Below the pieces are notes generated by a model that saw only the letters and a list, made by a program, of their open reading frames with translations, had not been told where the DNA came from and did no database searches. A stretch of 64,000 bases of DNA from a virus. Below, in pieces: positions 38,083 to 48,019 of this stretch (the stretch's first letter is position 1; every line of letters starts with the position of its first letter). Location: positions 1-64,000 of the IMG/VR virus record IMGVR_UViG_3300020419_001178; one strand, given 5' to 3'. A program made the position numbers and the translations under genes.

Positions 38083-39583
38083 AAATATTTAATTTTCTTT
38101 GTTTATATTCTTCTATTCTATCTCTGTTTGTTTGACTATACTTCCTTTTTATATACATCTCGTCTAAACTTAAACTTAAAAGTTCATCAGTATCTTCAAA
38201 TTTTCCTATATATTCCGTGATATCAAAGTTAGAAATTTTTTGCTTGAAAAAATAATCTTTGTGATACATTTCTCCAAACTCTGAAGCCTCTTTAAAGTTG
38301 GTTATATCACTTTCCCAAATTAACGCCCTATTATCAAGTTTGTTATTAAGCCTACCCATAGGATCTGCTTTAAACGGAACGTTGTATCCTTTTTTTATTG
38401 ACCAATCAATTATCTCTTTATTTTTAGTCGGAAAGTATCCAAATTTTTGTGCGTCTACACTAAAGTCACTGTGTGTCTTTGTATCTGGGTCGTCACTAAT
38501 ATGTAAGCCCCAATAAAAGAAACTATCCCAATTTTTATCTAACCAGTCTAAGCTATCATACCAAGACTTAACAGGCTCATTAGGCAATCCAGCTATCATT
38601 CCAATTGTGCCTCTATATAAACCTAACCTAGCATTAAACTCATCTCTTATCCATAGTAAACCTTCTTTTATCTTATCGGGATGCATTCCTTTTCCTATAG
38701 CTTTTGCCGCTTCTGGATGAAATGTTTCTATTCCATAAAAATGCCCCCAACATCTTGCTCTCACTAATAATGCGATTTGTTGTGGTCTTGAAATCACTAA
38801 ATCTAATCTAATAAAACAAGTAAAGTTAGGCTCAAAGGGTAAACGTTCTACAGCTAAAGCTAGTTTTTCTATCTTACTATCTCTATCATTAAACGTATCG
38901 TCACTAATAATATAGTTGGTTGTTCCCCATTTCTCATAATTGTGCATCATTTCATTATACAAATCATCCTGTGTCCTACTATAGTCTTCTTTCACCCCTA
39001 AGAAGGCGTAATTACAATACTTACATTTGAATCTACATCCTCTACTTGTTTCTAATGTAAGAGCTTCATGGGGTTCTATGAAATCATTTGGATGGTACAC
39101 ACAATCATATTTGTCTATGTCTAATCCTTTATAATGATGATTAGCATCTATCAATAGACTATTAGGTGCCCAATCAGGATATTTTCCTATAGGTTTAGGT
39201 CCATTGTTAAACATCCATTCTAACACAGGAGTAATACTATGTTCGCTATAACCAAATACCATACAGTCTGCTCCATAATCCATTTGGTAAGGTTTAGGAC
39301 CTCCCATTAAGATTTTGGCCTTAGGGTATTCTTTTTTTAAAAAAGTAATTTTATCGTTGACCATTTCGTCCATCATCCATAAATTACCAAAGGCAAGTAA
39401 ATCAACTTCGTAAGGCAACGAGTCAATAAATTGTTTCACTTCTTTGTTTGACCATCTAGACAGCCAATCTATTACTTCGACAGTCCATCCTTGAGAACGC
39501 ATCATATCGGCAATTTTATACGCACCCATGGTACGTCTAATTATATCGTCACCACTTTCATTAAAAATTACTGCGTAATTCAT
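38075..39583 (-). CDS. B12-binding-type (class B-like) radical SAM enzyme
   Basis: N-terminal Rossmann-like domain with MGGP; ETSRGCRFKCKYC, SDDTFND, GIET, IAGLP.E. Confidence 0.85.
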   Translation of the reverse strand: MNYAVIFNESGDDIIRRTMGAYKIADMMRSQGWTVEVIDWLSRWSNKEVKQFIDSLPYEVDLLAFGNLWMMDEMVNDKITFLKKEYPKAKILMGGPKPYQMDYGADCMVFGYSEHSITPVLEWMFNNGPKPIGKYPDWAPNSLLIDANHHYKGLDIDKYDCVYHPNDFIEPHEALTLETSRGCRFKCKYCNYAFLGVKEDYSRTQDDLYNEMMHNYEKWGTTNYIISDDTFNDRDSKIEKLALAVERLPFEPNFTCFIRLDLVISRPQQIALLVRARCWGHFYGIETFHPEAAKAIGKGMHPDKIKEGLLWIRDEFNARLGLYRGTIGMIAGLPNEPVKSWYDSLDWLDKNWDSFFYWGLHISDDPDTKTHSDFSVDAQKFGYFPTKNKEIIDWSIKKGYNVPFKADPMGRLNNKLDNRALIWESDITNFKEASEFGEMYHKDYFFKQKISNFDITEYIGKFEDTDELLSLSLDEMYIKRKYSQTNRDRIEEYKQRKLNIFK

Positions 39584-40203
39584 TTTACCTTTGCTACCAT
39601 ATTCCAACATGGGTAAGCCCAATAATCGCTGAAAGATGGTAATGTTTCCTTTTCTAATAATACAATATTAAAATTTTTAAAAGTATTTAATAAATCTTGT
39701 TCTTCTAATTGCGGAGGAGTATATTCAACACTTCCTAATTTATTTTCTAATCTACCTGATTGATTACAGTAAACTCCGTTTTTCATTAAAACCTTTTGTA
39801 CTATATTTGCGTACTGTTCTCTATATTCGTGTGGTACAAAATGATATAATCCAAAATCTATTATTACATCATATTTGTTCTCTGTGTTTAATTCAAATAA
39901 ATCAATACATTGAAATACACAATCACTTTGTTTTTTCTTAGCATTATCTATTGCTTTGTCAGAAATATCAATTCCATGTACTTCATATCCCATTTTGCTT
40001 AAAGGTATGCTATTACGACCTTCTCCGCAACCTAAATCTAAAATTTTACTTTCCTTAGGAAAATAACTTATGAACTTTTCCAACACACTTGCTGGTGCTT
40101 TCCCCCATGCTGGATTTCCTGCTTCATAAATAGTGTTCCAAAAATTAGGTAACTTAATCTCATAGTCTTCGAGATGCTTGTTAACAGGATATTGTGTTGA
40201 CAT
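39580..40203 (-). CDS. class I SAM-dependent methyltransferase
   Basis: ILDLGCGEGRN, GIDIS, YDVIID.G.YH. Confidence 0.9.
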   Translation of the reverse strand: MSTQYPVNKHLEDYEIKLPNFWNTIYEAGNPAWGKAPASVLEKFISYFPKESKILDLGCGEGRNSIPLSKMGYEVHGIDISDKAIDNAKKKQSDCVFQCIDLFELNTENKYDVIIDFGLYHFVPHEYREQYANIVQKVLMKNGVYCNQSGRLENKLGSVEYTPPQLEEQDLLNTFKNFNIVLLEKETLPSFSDYWAYPCWNMVAKVK

Positions 40204-40772
40204 CAGGTAAGGTCCGCAACTGCCTCTGCGTATGGCGCTTCATATGCCCAACTAAAGATTACCCTCATTGAATCAGTAGTGTTTATTATTTGATGTGGCA
40301 TTTTAGTATTAATTAGAGTGGGCATTACAGTGACATGTTCACAGGCAAGTTCCGCATTTTCAACATAAGTTAACCATTCGTTAGATTGCCATATACCTTT
40401 TTTATCGCCAAATTGATCATAAATTGATTCTGCTATATCTCCGTTTTTAAAAAACTTTGTAATCTTTGAGCTGTCGCAGTTGTGAACAGGTATACTTATT
40501 GCTGAACTCCTGTGTGCGTCAATGTGTATAGGCCAAGAACCTTTACTACACTTCATTAGCTTTATAAAACTTTTTAATTTAGGATATTTTGCTCGTATTC
40601 CGCTCAGATATTCGTCTGCTTCAACATCAACAACTTTTACATCTGTGTATAATGCTAATGCTTCAACATCTGATAAGCTCTTCCATTCATCGGTAAGCAT
40701 GTCATCTGCTATACCTTTCATGTAATCTAAATCTACAAATCCGGGTAGCTCTGTTAAATATGGTTCTTTCAT
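40203..40772 (-). CDS. Fe(II)/2OG-dioxygenase-like protein
   Basis: IHID..R.SAISIPV...LINT..PH...RVI. Confidence 0.65.
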   Translation of the reverse strand: MKEPYLTELPGFVDLDYMKGIADDMLTDEWKSLSDVEALALYTDVKVVDVEADEYLSGIRAKYPKLKSFIKLMKCSKGSWPIHIDAHRSSAISIPVHNCDSSKITKFFKNGDIAESIYDQFGDKKGIWQSNEWLTYVENAELACEHVTVMPTLINTKMPHQIINTTDSMRVIFSWAYEAPYAEAVADLT

Positions 40773-41296
40773 AATGTTTTACCTTTCAATTTTTTTTCAA
40801 ATATTTGGCAAACATCTTCGTACGTTTCTTCAAAGCACAACTGAAACACTATTCTTGTATCGTTGTTCTCTGTGAAGTAAACATTATGATAATGTCCCCC
40901 AGTATTTAATATTGCTCCGTACCCTTCATAATTGATACTGGCTACTTTATTTAGTGACTCGTCATAGAACCAAGTTTCACCACAATTTTCTGTTAAAGGA
41001 AAACTAATTACTGTCTGTCGGGGGATATATGTTCCTTCAAATTCATTATGTCTATTTTTATCTTTATGGATTTTACTTCCTGATTCATTTACTTTTAGTA
41101 GCTGACAAACACAATTTAATCCTGTTTTGTTGAACTTTTGTATTGTACTAGGAAATTTGAAGAAACTTATTTTGTAACTTATATCTACAAAAGCATCAGG
41201 CTTTAAAGCTATAGCTAATAATTCGTTTTTAGTCTGTTCACTAATAATGTTAGGAATAACTCTATAATACGGATCATAACTTTGTAGCATATTCAT
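40769..41296 (-). CDS. Fe(II)/2OG-dioxygenase-like protein
   Basis: IHKD...ISFPL...ILNT..HYHNV...RIVFQ. Confidence 0.65.
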   Translation of the reverse strand: MNMLQSYDPYYRVIPNIISEQTKNELLAIALKPDAFVDISYKISFFKFPSTIQKFNKTGLNCVCQLLKVNESGSKIHKDKNRHNEFEGTYIPRQTVISFPLTENCGETWFYDESLNKVASINYEGYGAILNTGGHYHNVYFTENNDTRIVFQLCFEETYEDVCQIFEKKLKGKTL

Positions 41297-42113
41297 CTTT
41301 TTTAATTTCGTATTTGCTTATAAGTAAGTCAGTGACAGATCCTGTAATCGTTGTAGGAGTCACACCGCCACTTGAACTAGTAATAAAAACCTCATCTGCT
41401 GACAAAAATAGTTCTGTAGTTATAGGCATTCTTTGAAAATTTATATCTTGTTCATTTGCTATATCCTCAACTACACTCATTGTAATACCTTTTAGAACAT
41501 TTTTGTTAGAAGTCATTATGACTTTATCTTTTACAATACCTACATTGAACCCAGGGCCTTCAGTAACTAGTCCGTCAGTATCTACTAACACAGTCGTATC
41601 AAATCCGGTTGGACAATTCATTTGACTCATTGTTAATTCTATCCAAGCCATGTTCTTATATTGTTGTCCGTAGTAATCGTCGTTTACTCTGTGTGTTTTT
41701 TTATCCAAGTATAATTTAACCATCGGTGTTGATGCTATAGGATAACTAGGTTTAATATACATGGCAAAATTTATAGGACAATTTTCTAAATCTCTTGGAT
41801 TTCCACTAGAAGGATATCCACGCCAAATTATAAACCATACAAATGCATTCTCAATAGGATTACGTTTAGCAAGTTCTTTAATTACTTCTAAAGTATCTAC
41901 ATTTGGAATAGTTAGTCCGTAACGTTTAGCACTATTCTGAAATCTTTTTAAGTGCCTTTCATAACAAAATGCTTTTCCTTTATACACAGGCATTACATCA
42001 TAAGTAGCATCACAATGGATAAAACCAAAATCTAATATGCTAGGTCCTATATCTTTTAACGGCAGGAATTCACCGTTTTTATATGCTATTAAGTCTAATA
42101 CATTATTCATCAA
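41274..42113 (-). CDS. class IV PLP aminotransferase (BCAT/D-amino-acid/(R)-amine type)
   Basis: GFIHCDATYD, HLKRF, YKN..W, EGPGFN, LKGIT, ADEVFITSS. Confidence 0.9.
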   Translation of the reverse strand: MMNNVLDLIAYKNGEFLPLKDIGPSILDFGFIHCDATYDVMPVYKGKAFCYERHLKRFQNSAKRYGLTIPNVDTLEVIKELAKRNPIENAFVWFIIWRGYPSSGNPRDLENCPINFAMYIKPSYPIASTPMVKLYLDKKTHRVNDDYYGQQYKNMAWIELTMSQMNCPTGFDTTVLVDTDGLVTEGPGFNVGIVKDKVIMTSNKNVLKGITMSVVEDIANEQDINFQRMPITTELFLSADEVFITSSSGGVTPTTITGSVTDLLISKYEIKKDEYATKL

Positions 42114-42360
42114 AATTTACCTTTTTAAGTTGCGGATCGTCAGGCAATTTTTTCTTAAGTTCCTTTAATCTATTAATTCGCCATTCTAATAATTTAAAAT
42201 CAAGAACCCAAGGAAAAATAGCGTGAATAAGACTACCGATTGTTACTCCAAGTAGAAAAAAGAATTCAGCTATGGCTAATTTAAAGTGCCACCAATACCC
42301 TGCATCTTCTCTACCTGCTTTTGCTTTTGCTTCTTGTAAGTGTTTAGGATTGTACCACAT
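42103..42360 (-). CDS. small membrane-associated hypothetical protein
   Basis: KHL...YWWHF..A...LIHAIFPW pattern. Confidence 0.65.
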   Translation of the reverse strand: MWYNPKHLQEAKAKAGREDAGYWWHFKLAIAEFFFLLGVTIGSLIHAIFPWVLDFKLLEWRINRLKELKKKLPDDPQLKKVNFDE

Positions 42361-42904
42361 AATTTCCTTTCAACAAACTTCTACGTCTATTATACTCATT
42401 TATATTTAAATGCCAAATTGTTTGCTCACAGTTATATAATTCCATATCGCAATGTTTATCAAGTATTCCTTGCCTTGCTAATAGACCCATTAATCTATGA
42501 TTGCGGGCCGCTTTACCGTTTGAATGTTCTCGGTAAATGTTTGTAGTAATATATAGCTTGTCTGTAGGACAATAATCTATAAAGCGAGGAATAAATTCTC
42601 TTTGAGTAACGCTGTTCCAATCACCCTTTCCTAATCCTTTGAAGTTACTATCATGAGGTAGTTCACAACCTCTAAATAAAATTCTCCAAGCATCTTCGCC
42701 TACTTCCGGCAACGGATGACATCCGGCTACTGCTATTATATTTCCATTTTTTAAAGCACAAAAATATTCTCCCCATTCTTTTGTTTTTTCAAATCTCATT
42801 TCTTTCAGACTACTGTTATTAACATAGCCTAATTCTTTTGCTTTTTCACAAAAGGTTTCTAACTTAGAGATGAGATCATCAGTGATTATTTTTACTTCAA
42901 TCAT
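42344..42904 (-). CDS. hypothetical protein, possible GNAT fold
   Basis: IIAVAGCH...WRILFRG..LP pattern. Confidence 0.55.
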   Translation of the reverse strand: MIEVKIITDDLISKLETFCEKAKELGYVNNSSLKEMRFEKTKEWGEYFCALKNGNIIAVAGCHPLPEVGEDAWRILFRGCELPHDSNFKGLGKGDWNSVTQREFIPRFIDYCPTDKLYITTNIYREHSNGKAARNHRLMGLLARQGILDKHCDMELYNCEQTIWHLNINEYNRRRSLLKGNYVVQS

Positions 42905-43518
42905 AGTGGCATTAAATTTGTTACTATTTCTTCTGCTGTTTTTTTATTAAGTTCAAGATTAACAACTAACCAATAACTATCTTCATTTGTACTATTAAAT
43001 AATTGATGTACCTTTGCTGTATTTAAAAAGTACAAATGACCTAAACGCCAATTTAAAATTTTATCTTCTAGTATAAATGTACAAGGATTTTTCATTGGAC
43101 ATATTAATCTACAACTATCTAAATTAAGATGCCTAAAATCTCTATGGGTAGGAAAATATCCGCCAGGGGCTAATTTTAAAATATGTGTCCTAAAAAAATT
43201 ACCTTCAAATGGTTTTAAAAAATCTTTTATACTGTTACTTTTCGTATACGCATCTGTATACACATTAAAATCTTGCTCTTCATAATTTGTATTATTTTCT
43301 TGATTGTATTCGTGTAAACTATCTAGATCTGGTATTCCAGATAACCCGCCGTCTAAACTGGTTAGGCTTAATCCGTATCTAGCAATAGGTTTTCTAGGAT
43401 TGTATTTGACATAGTCAAAGTTTTCTTCTGTCCATTTTATGTATGCTCTGCTATCAAAATTGAAACCTAGCCTAATAAAATCACCATATTGTGTTATTGT
43501 TTGATACAAGCCAGACAA
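42901..43518 (-). CDS. Asp/Asn beta-hydroxylase-like Fe(II)/2OG dioxygenase
   Basis: LAPGGYFPTHRD...FLNTAKVH.LFN; likely TTG start at 43518 after GGAGG. Confidence 0.7.
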   Translation of the reverse strand: MSGLYQTITQYGDFIRLGFNFDSRAYIKWTEENFDYVKYNPRKPIARYGLSLTSLDGGLSGIPDLDSLHEYNQENNTNYEEQDFNVYTDAYTKSNSIKDFLKPFEGNFFRTHILKLAPGGYFPTHRDFRHLNLDSCRLICPMKNPCTFILEDKILNWRLGHLYFLNTAKVHQLFNSTNEDSYWLVVNLELNKKTAEEIVTNLMPL

Positions 43519-43540
43519 GATATCCTCCAAATTCTATTCA

Positions 43541-43554
43541 TATAAATATTTATT
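43541..43554. promoter_or_regulatory. overlapping divergent late-type promoters
   Basis: TATAAATA (+, 43541-43548) and AATAAATA (-, 43547-43554). Confidence 0.65.
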
Positions 43555-43580
43555 GAACGTATGTAAAGGTTTTAGTCAAT

Positions 43581-44459
43581 ATGAATAGACAAACTCAGCT
43601 AGAAAATCAAATAAAATTTATGAATTATGACCGTAGTAAAAACATGGACGTAATTCGTAACATGCAAAAATGTCAAAGGAATTGGGACTACTCTAAAAAA
43701 ATATGGGACGAAATAGTCGAATATTTACTATGGATTGCAGAAAATAGTCCTTCCAAACAATGGGAAGCCTATTACGATGTGTATTGGAGTGCTGACAGGA
43801 AAGTAGTACAAGAAATATCCAGGTATACCTGGGGGTGTACACATAGCAGAAATCCTCCTAGCACATGGAGAAATGCTCAAGCTAATGCTAATATGTATAT
43901 GTTATTTGTTGCCAAAGAGCCTGAAACGCAAGAGAATTGTAACCCCGACGGAACTTTAAAATCTAACACTAAAAATTCTAGATGGGAAAATGCTTATGTC
44001 AGTATAGGTATAGCAATGGGGCTTGTTATGCATGCCGCTCATAAATTAGATATGGTTACAGGTTGTAATAAGAGTCACGGTGATATAAATGGCGACATGT
44101 TCTGGGAAAAAAGGCTTGGAATCTTGGATGATGTAAAAGCAGGCAGGAAAAAGATTGCTTATGGCATAGGCATAGGATATCCACAAGCAGACAAAGAAAG
44201 ATGGCAAACAGATGAGACAGAATTAGCAATAGGTGCTGGCAACGGAGATACATTAACAACTTTAAATGAAAAAGATCCTAATTGGGTAGATAAACATATT
44301 GATACAGGAAAAACCGTCAGGAAAATTAAGATAGTAAACATAAAAGAAAACTCAGAAGCAGTTGACCCTTATGGCAATTTACATCCACTACCTCTTACAA
44401 GTGATATTAAAATTAACACACAAAAAATACGCAAAATTAATGTGACGGAGATTAAATGA
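43581..44459 (+). CDS. nitroreductase-like flavoprotein
   Basis: QRNWD, PSKQ, SIGIAMG....AA..L...TG, GIGYP. Confidence 0.65.
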   Translation: MNRQTQLENQIKFMNYDRSKNMDVIRNMQKCQRNWDYSKKIWDEIVEYLLWIAENSPSKQWEAYYDVYWSADRKVVQEISRYTWGCTHSRNPPSTWRNAQANANMYMLFVAKEPETQENCNPDGTLKSNTKNSRWENAYVSIGIAMGLVMHAAHKLDMVTGCNKSHGDINGDMFWEKRLGILDDVKAGRKKIAYGIGIGYPQADKERWQTDETELAIGAGNGDTLTTLNEKDPNWVDKHIDTGKTVRKIKIVNIKENSEAVDPYGNLHPLPLTSDIKINTQKIRKINVTEIK

Positions 44460-45340
44460 TAAACATAGTTGTTACAAGCAAACCTTGTGATGGTTTGTTT
44501 TACTATAGTTACGAATACAAATCAGCTTTAAAAAGTATAGGTATGCCTGTACAAGTTATAGTAATTACACATAGAAAATTTAAGGAACAAGATTATTTAG
44601 ACAGCATAAATGAAAAATATATTCATTGTGAAGATTTATTTTTCAACGATTTTAATCCTGAAGAAAATGACACAACTTTAATCATGGGTAGAAGCATGAT
44701 GACATTAGGTTATCAGGATTTCAAAGAATATACGGAATCTCAACAGGAAACTTTGAAAAAAGTTTTTAGTAAAAATCTAATAGCTGTATATTCCGAAAAT
44801 CATCCTACTAGATATCATCAAGCTATCGGATTTTTTAATCCTGCGAAAATAATAGATTTATGCGACACTGATGTGTATCCAGAAGGGCCTACAGAATTAC
44901 ATTTTGAGAAACATATTAATTTTACAATTCACAAAGATATAATAGATGATATTAAGTTTGATCATTTGTTTTTAGGAACTAACGACAAATACTATGCTAC
45001 TATAAATTCAATAATTAAAGACTATCCTGATCATGGAATTATTACATACGATGAAGATTATATAAATGAAAACAATAATAATGTTTTTGCTCCAGTCAAA
45101 AATATTATGGGAATGTTTAAAACTTATGTATATACTAAGGATACTTTTGATCCAGCACCAAGAATATTTCAAGAATGTAGATATTTTGGTAAGGAAGTAA
45201 TTTATCAAAGAGATAAAAGTATAAAAGATGGAGGTAGTGTGTATTGGGATAGAGGCTTGAAAGATCCTGATATATCTAATATAGCAACAGCAATACAGCA
45301 ATTTGCGGGTCAACGAAATGTGCCTGTAAAGAAGGGATAG
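44456..45340 (+). CDS. hypothetical protein (possible glycosyltransferase fold)
   Basis: 294 aa; FD..PR...EC.YFGK motif. Confidence 0.6.
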   Translation: MINIVVTSKPCDGLFYYSYEYKSALKSIGMPVQVIVITHRKFKEQDYLDSINEKYIHCEDLFFNDFNPEENDTTLIMGRSMMTLGYQDFKEYTESQQETLKKVFSKNLIAVYSENHPTRYHQAIGFFNPAKIIDLCDTDVYPEGPTELHFEKHINFTIHKDIIDDIKFDHLFLGTNDKYYATINSIIKDYPDHGIITYDEDYINENNNNVFAPVKNIMGMFKTYVYTKDTFDPAPRIFQECRYFGKEVIYQRDKSIKDGGSVYWDRGLKDPDISNIATAIQQFAGQRNVPVKKG

Positions 45341-45342
45341 TA

Positions 45343-46416
45343 ATGATATCATACGACGGATGGGATAGAGAGTACCAAAAAAATAGATCAGCGTACCTAG
45401 ACATATTTGAAAGTTTTATGTCGCAACTTAATTATGAGAACGCAGAAGATTTCGAAAAACAAATAGCAGAATACGTAGGTAGGAAACATGTCGTATCCGT
45501 AGCTTGTGCTACTGATGCCTTAGGCTTTTCTTTAATGAGTCACGGTATAGGTCCAGGTGACGAAGTTTTGGTAACAGACTTCAGCTGGATTTCGACATCT
45601 TCATGTATAAGTATGACCGGTGCCACTCCTGTTTTCTGTGATATAGATTTAGATTCGTATCATATGAGTTTTGAAAGTATAAAACGCATGGTAAGTCCTA
45701 AGACAAAAGCAATAGTATATACACATCTATTTGGAAACATGGTTGATGTCACTGAAATAATAGAATTTTGTACGGAGAAAAAAATATTCTTTATTGAAGA
45801 TGCCGCACAATCGTTAGGTTCTAGTTACAATAAAGTAAAAGCAGGTAGCATAGGACATTGTAGTTCCTTTAGTTTTAACACAAATAAAGTGATCGCAGGC
45901 ATAAACGGTGGTGGTGTGTTTATGACTGATAATGAAGATATAGCTAATATTGTTAGAAAACTAAGAAGACACGGAAAAGACAAGGATTTTGAAATGATTG
46001 GTTACAATTCTAGATTGTATGTTTTCAATTCTATGATTATAAAACAAAGAATGAAAAATATTGTTGAAACGCAAAAAACGAGACAAGAAATAGCCCAAAG
46101 ATATAATGATGCTTTTAAAGACTTACCTGTAATTACACAAAAGCCTAGTGGCATATTAGATCATAATTTTCACAAATATACTGTAAGATTTGAAAATAAA
46201 GAAATTAGAAAAAAAGTTAAAAAGGAACTGAGTTTATCCATACACTACGAACGTCCTTTATCAGAAAACTCTATGTATGAACATTTAAAATATAGAAAAG
46301 ACGATTGTAAAAATGCTAAATTAGTAGCAGATACTATTGTATCACTTCCAATACATGCTTGGTTAAAAGAAGAAGAAATAAATCAAATTATAGATAAAGT
46401 AAAATCAAGTTTCTAG
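45343..46416 (+). CDS. DegT/DnrJ/EryC1/StrS sugar aminotransferase
   Basis: GIGPGDEV, GATPVFCD, HLFG, IEDAAQS, FSFNTNK, GYNSRL, SLPIH. Confidence 0.92.
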   Translation: MISYDGWDREYQKNRSAYLDIFESFMSQLNYENAEDFEKQIAEYVGRKHVVSVACATDALGFSLMSHGIGPGDEVLVTDFSWISTSSCISMTGATPVFCDIDLDSYHMSFESIKRMVSPKTKAIVYTHLFGNMVDVTEIIEFCTEKKIFFIEDAAQSLGSSYNKVKAGSIGHCSSFSFNTNKVIAGINGGGVFMTDNEDIANIVRKLRRHGKDKDFEMIGYNSRLYVFNSMIIKQRMKNIVETQKTRQEIAQRYNDAFKDLPVITQKPSGILDHNFHKYTVRFENKEIRKKVKKELSLSIHYERPLSENSMYEHLKYRKDDCKNAKLVADTIVSLPIHAWLKEEEINQIIDKVKSSF

Positions 46417-47103
46417 TTTAATAAATGATAAGATATCTCTTGCGGCTACCATGTGAGATCCACGTCCTGGATGTAGGTTGTCTAACGCTATGTCAATAAA
46501 AAAAGATTTGTTTTTCAGCCTCATTAAATTTACATTATTCCAAGAATAATCTAAATCTTTGTAATTGTTTTCGCACGTCACATGATAATTTTTTATTCCG
46601 ATTCTATCTAAATGATATTTTGCCATATTCATTCTTACAATAGAATCATAAGCAGTATCTACATCTGTATGAAATTTTTCATAGTATAATAATGTATCTT
46701 CTAGGTTGGTTCCATTTGGCGCTCTTCTGCTTGTTCCTATTTTTTCAACGTCCATTGGCATAAATCTTTGAATTGCTCCGCCTCTCCAATCCTGTCTTTC
46801 TTTTTCTAAAAATACACAGTACCGATCAAAGTAACTCCACATTACTACAACTATATCACCTTTTACATATTTTGTATGTAGAATGATGTCTAATATATGT
46901 TTATTAGATGCTCCTGGCACAGCAAAATTTACACATTTTCGTCCTAAATCATCTGACACTAGTCTAGGCCAAGCGTATTTACTAGGTTTTTGTCCGTGTG
47001 ATCCTTTTTGCTTCATGGTAGGTTGTCCATTTTTGTCTACCCAACAATCAGTAAGTCCTTCACCATACGTGTTACTACAACCAAATGCTACTAATCTGTT
47101 CAT
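46405..47103 (-). CDS. SGNH-hydrolase-like phage protein
   Basis: AFGCSNTYG, G.SN, WS..DR, D.LHPG..SH. Confidence 0.65.
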   Translation of the reverse strand: MNRLVAFGCSNTYGEGLTDCWVDKNGQPTMKQKGSHGQKPSKYAWPRLVSDDLGRKCVNFAVPGASNKHILDIILHTKYVKGDIVVVMWSYFDRYCVFLEKERQDWRGGAIQRFMPMDVEKIGTSRRAPNGTNLEDTLLYYEKFHTDVDTAYDSIVRMNMAKYHLDRIGIKNYHVTCENNYKDLDYSWNNVNLMRLKNKSFFIDIALDNLHPGRGSHMVAARDILSFIKLET

Positions 47104-47108
47104 GCTTA

Positions 47109-47156
47109 TATTTACCTGCCAGGCTTTAATGTATTTTATTTTGCGAATAATAAATA
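47109..47156. promoter_or_regulatory. divergent late-type promoters
   Basis: GGTAAATA (-, 47109-47116) and AATAAATA (+, 47149-47156). Confidence 0.55.
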
Positions 47157-47173
47157 TTCAAGTAAGAGTGTAA

Positions 47174-48019
47174 ATGAGAAAACCTATATCATTAAAAGAA
47201 CTTAAAGGTTCACAATACAGAACAGTGGATTTTTATCTTTCAAAATCCTGTAATAAATCGTGCCACTACTGTACTGCTTGGACTCTTGAAATGAGATACC
47301 TACACACAAATATGGATTTGGTGCGTACTATCCTAAAAGGATTATCTCCTTACAAAACAAGAATATGTTTACTTGGAGGAGAACCAGGGCTTATAAAAAA
47401 TCTTGACGAAATAATAGCAGAGATAAAGAAACATGACAATTTGATACCACAGGTATTATCAAATAGTCTAGTTAGAAAATTTTATCCACACATACTTGAA
47501 GACCCTGAAATCATTTATATAGAACATTTAGTATTAGACTTTTATGAAGATAAAATAGAAAAACTAGGCAACTGGCCGTTTTTGCCAAGAAATGATAAAA
47601 ACAATTATAATTTAATAATAGAAACTCCTGGTTATTTCAAATACAGAGATAGATTTGATCTTACAGAAATAGATCACGAAAATACAGAATTTAAAGAATA
47701 TAATTCTAGATCACCTGACTTCCATAGTGATCACGATATAATACAAGCACCAGAGATAGAACGGAGAATATGTGCTAAATTTCCGCAGGTTCCTGTTTTT
47801 GATTTTGAAATACAAAAGATCAGGCACTGCAGTAGGAAAGCAATTGACGGTTCTAGAGAATTTGATATAACTGTAGAAAATATACAAAAAATGATGGAAT
47901 ATAAATTATTTGACTTTGAAAAATATTGTACTACTTGTATGGATATTATTCCTCCTAGACCAGAGGCTAGGAGATTAGAAATACTAGAAAAATTAGCATT
48001 GGAAAAAACACCAGCATGA
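47174..48019 (+). CDS. radical SAM enzyme with C-terminal Cys cluster
   Basis: CNKSCHYC, LLGGEP; C-terminal C...C...CxxC. Confidence 0.8.
   Translation: MRKPISLKELKGSQYRTVDFYLSKSCNKSCHYCTAWTLEMRYLHTNMDLVRTILKGLSPYKTRICLLGGEPGLIKNLDEIIAEIKKHDNLIPQVLSNSLVRKFYPHILEDPEIIYIEHLVLDFYEDKIEKLGNWPFLPRNDKNNYNLIIETPGYFKYRDRFDLTEIDHENTEFKEYNSRSPDFHSDHDIIQAPEIERRICAKFPQVPVFDFEIQKIRHCSRKAIDGSREFDITVENIQKMMEYKLFDFEKYCTTCMDIIPPRPEARRLEILEKLALEKTPA

Noticed and set aside
43494-43541. 15-codon minus-strand ORF starting 5 nt after the late box (MNRIWRISCLACIKQ)
   Set aside because: It is out of frame with the oxygenase gene, which has its own GGAGG and TTG start; too short to support.
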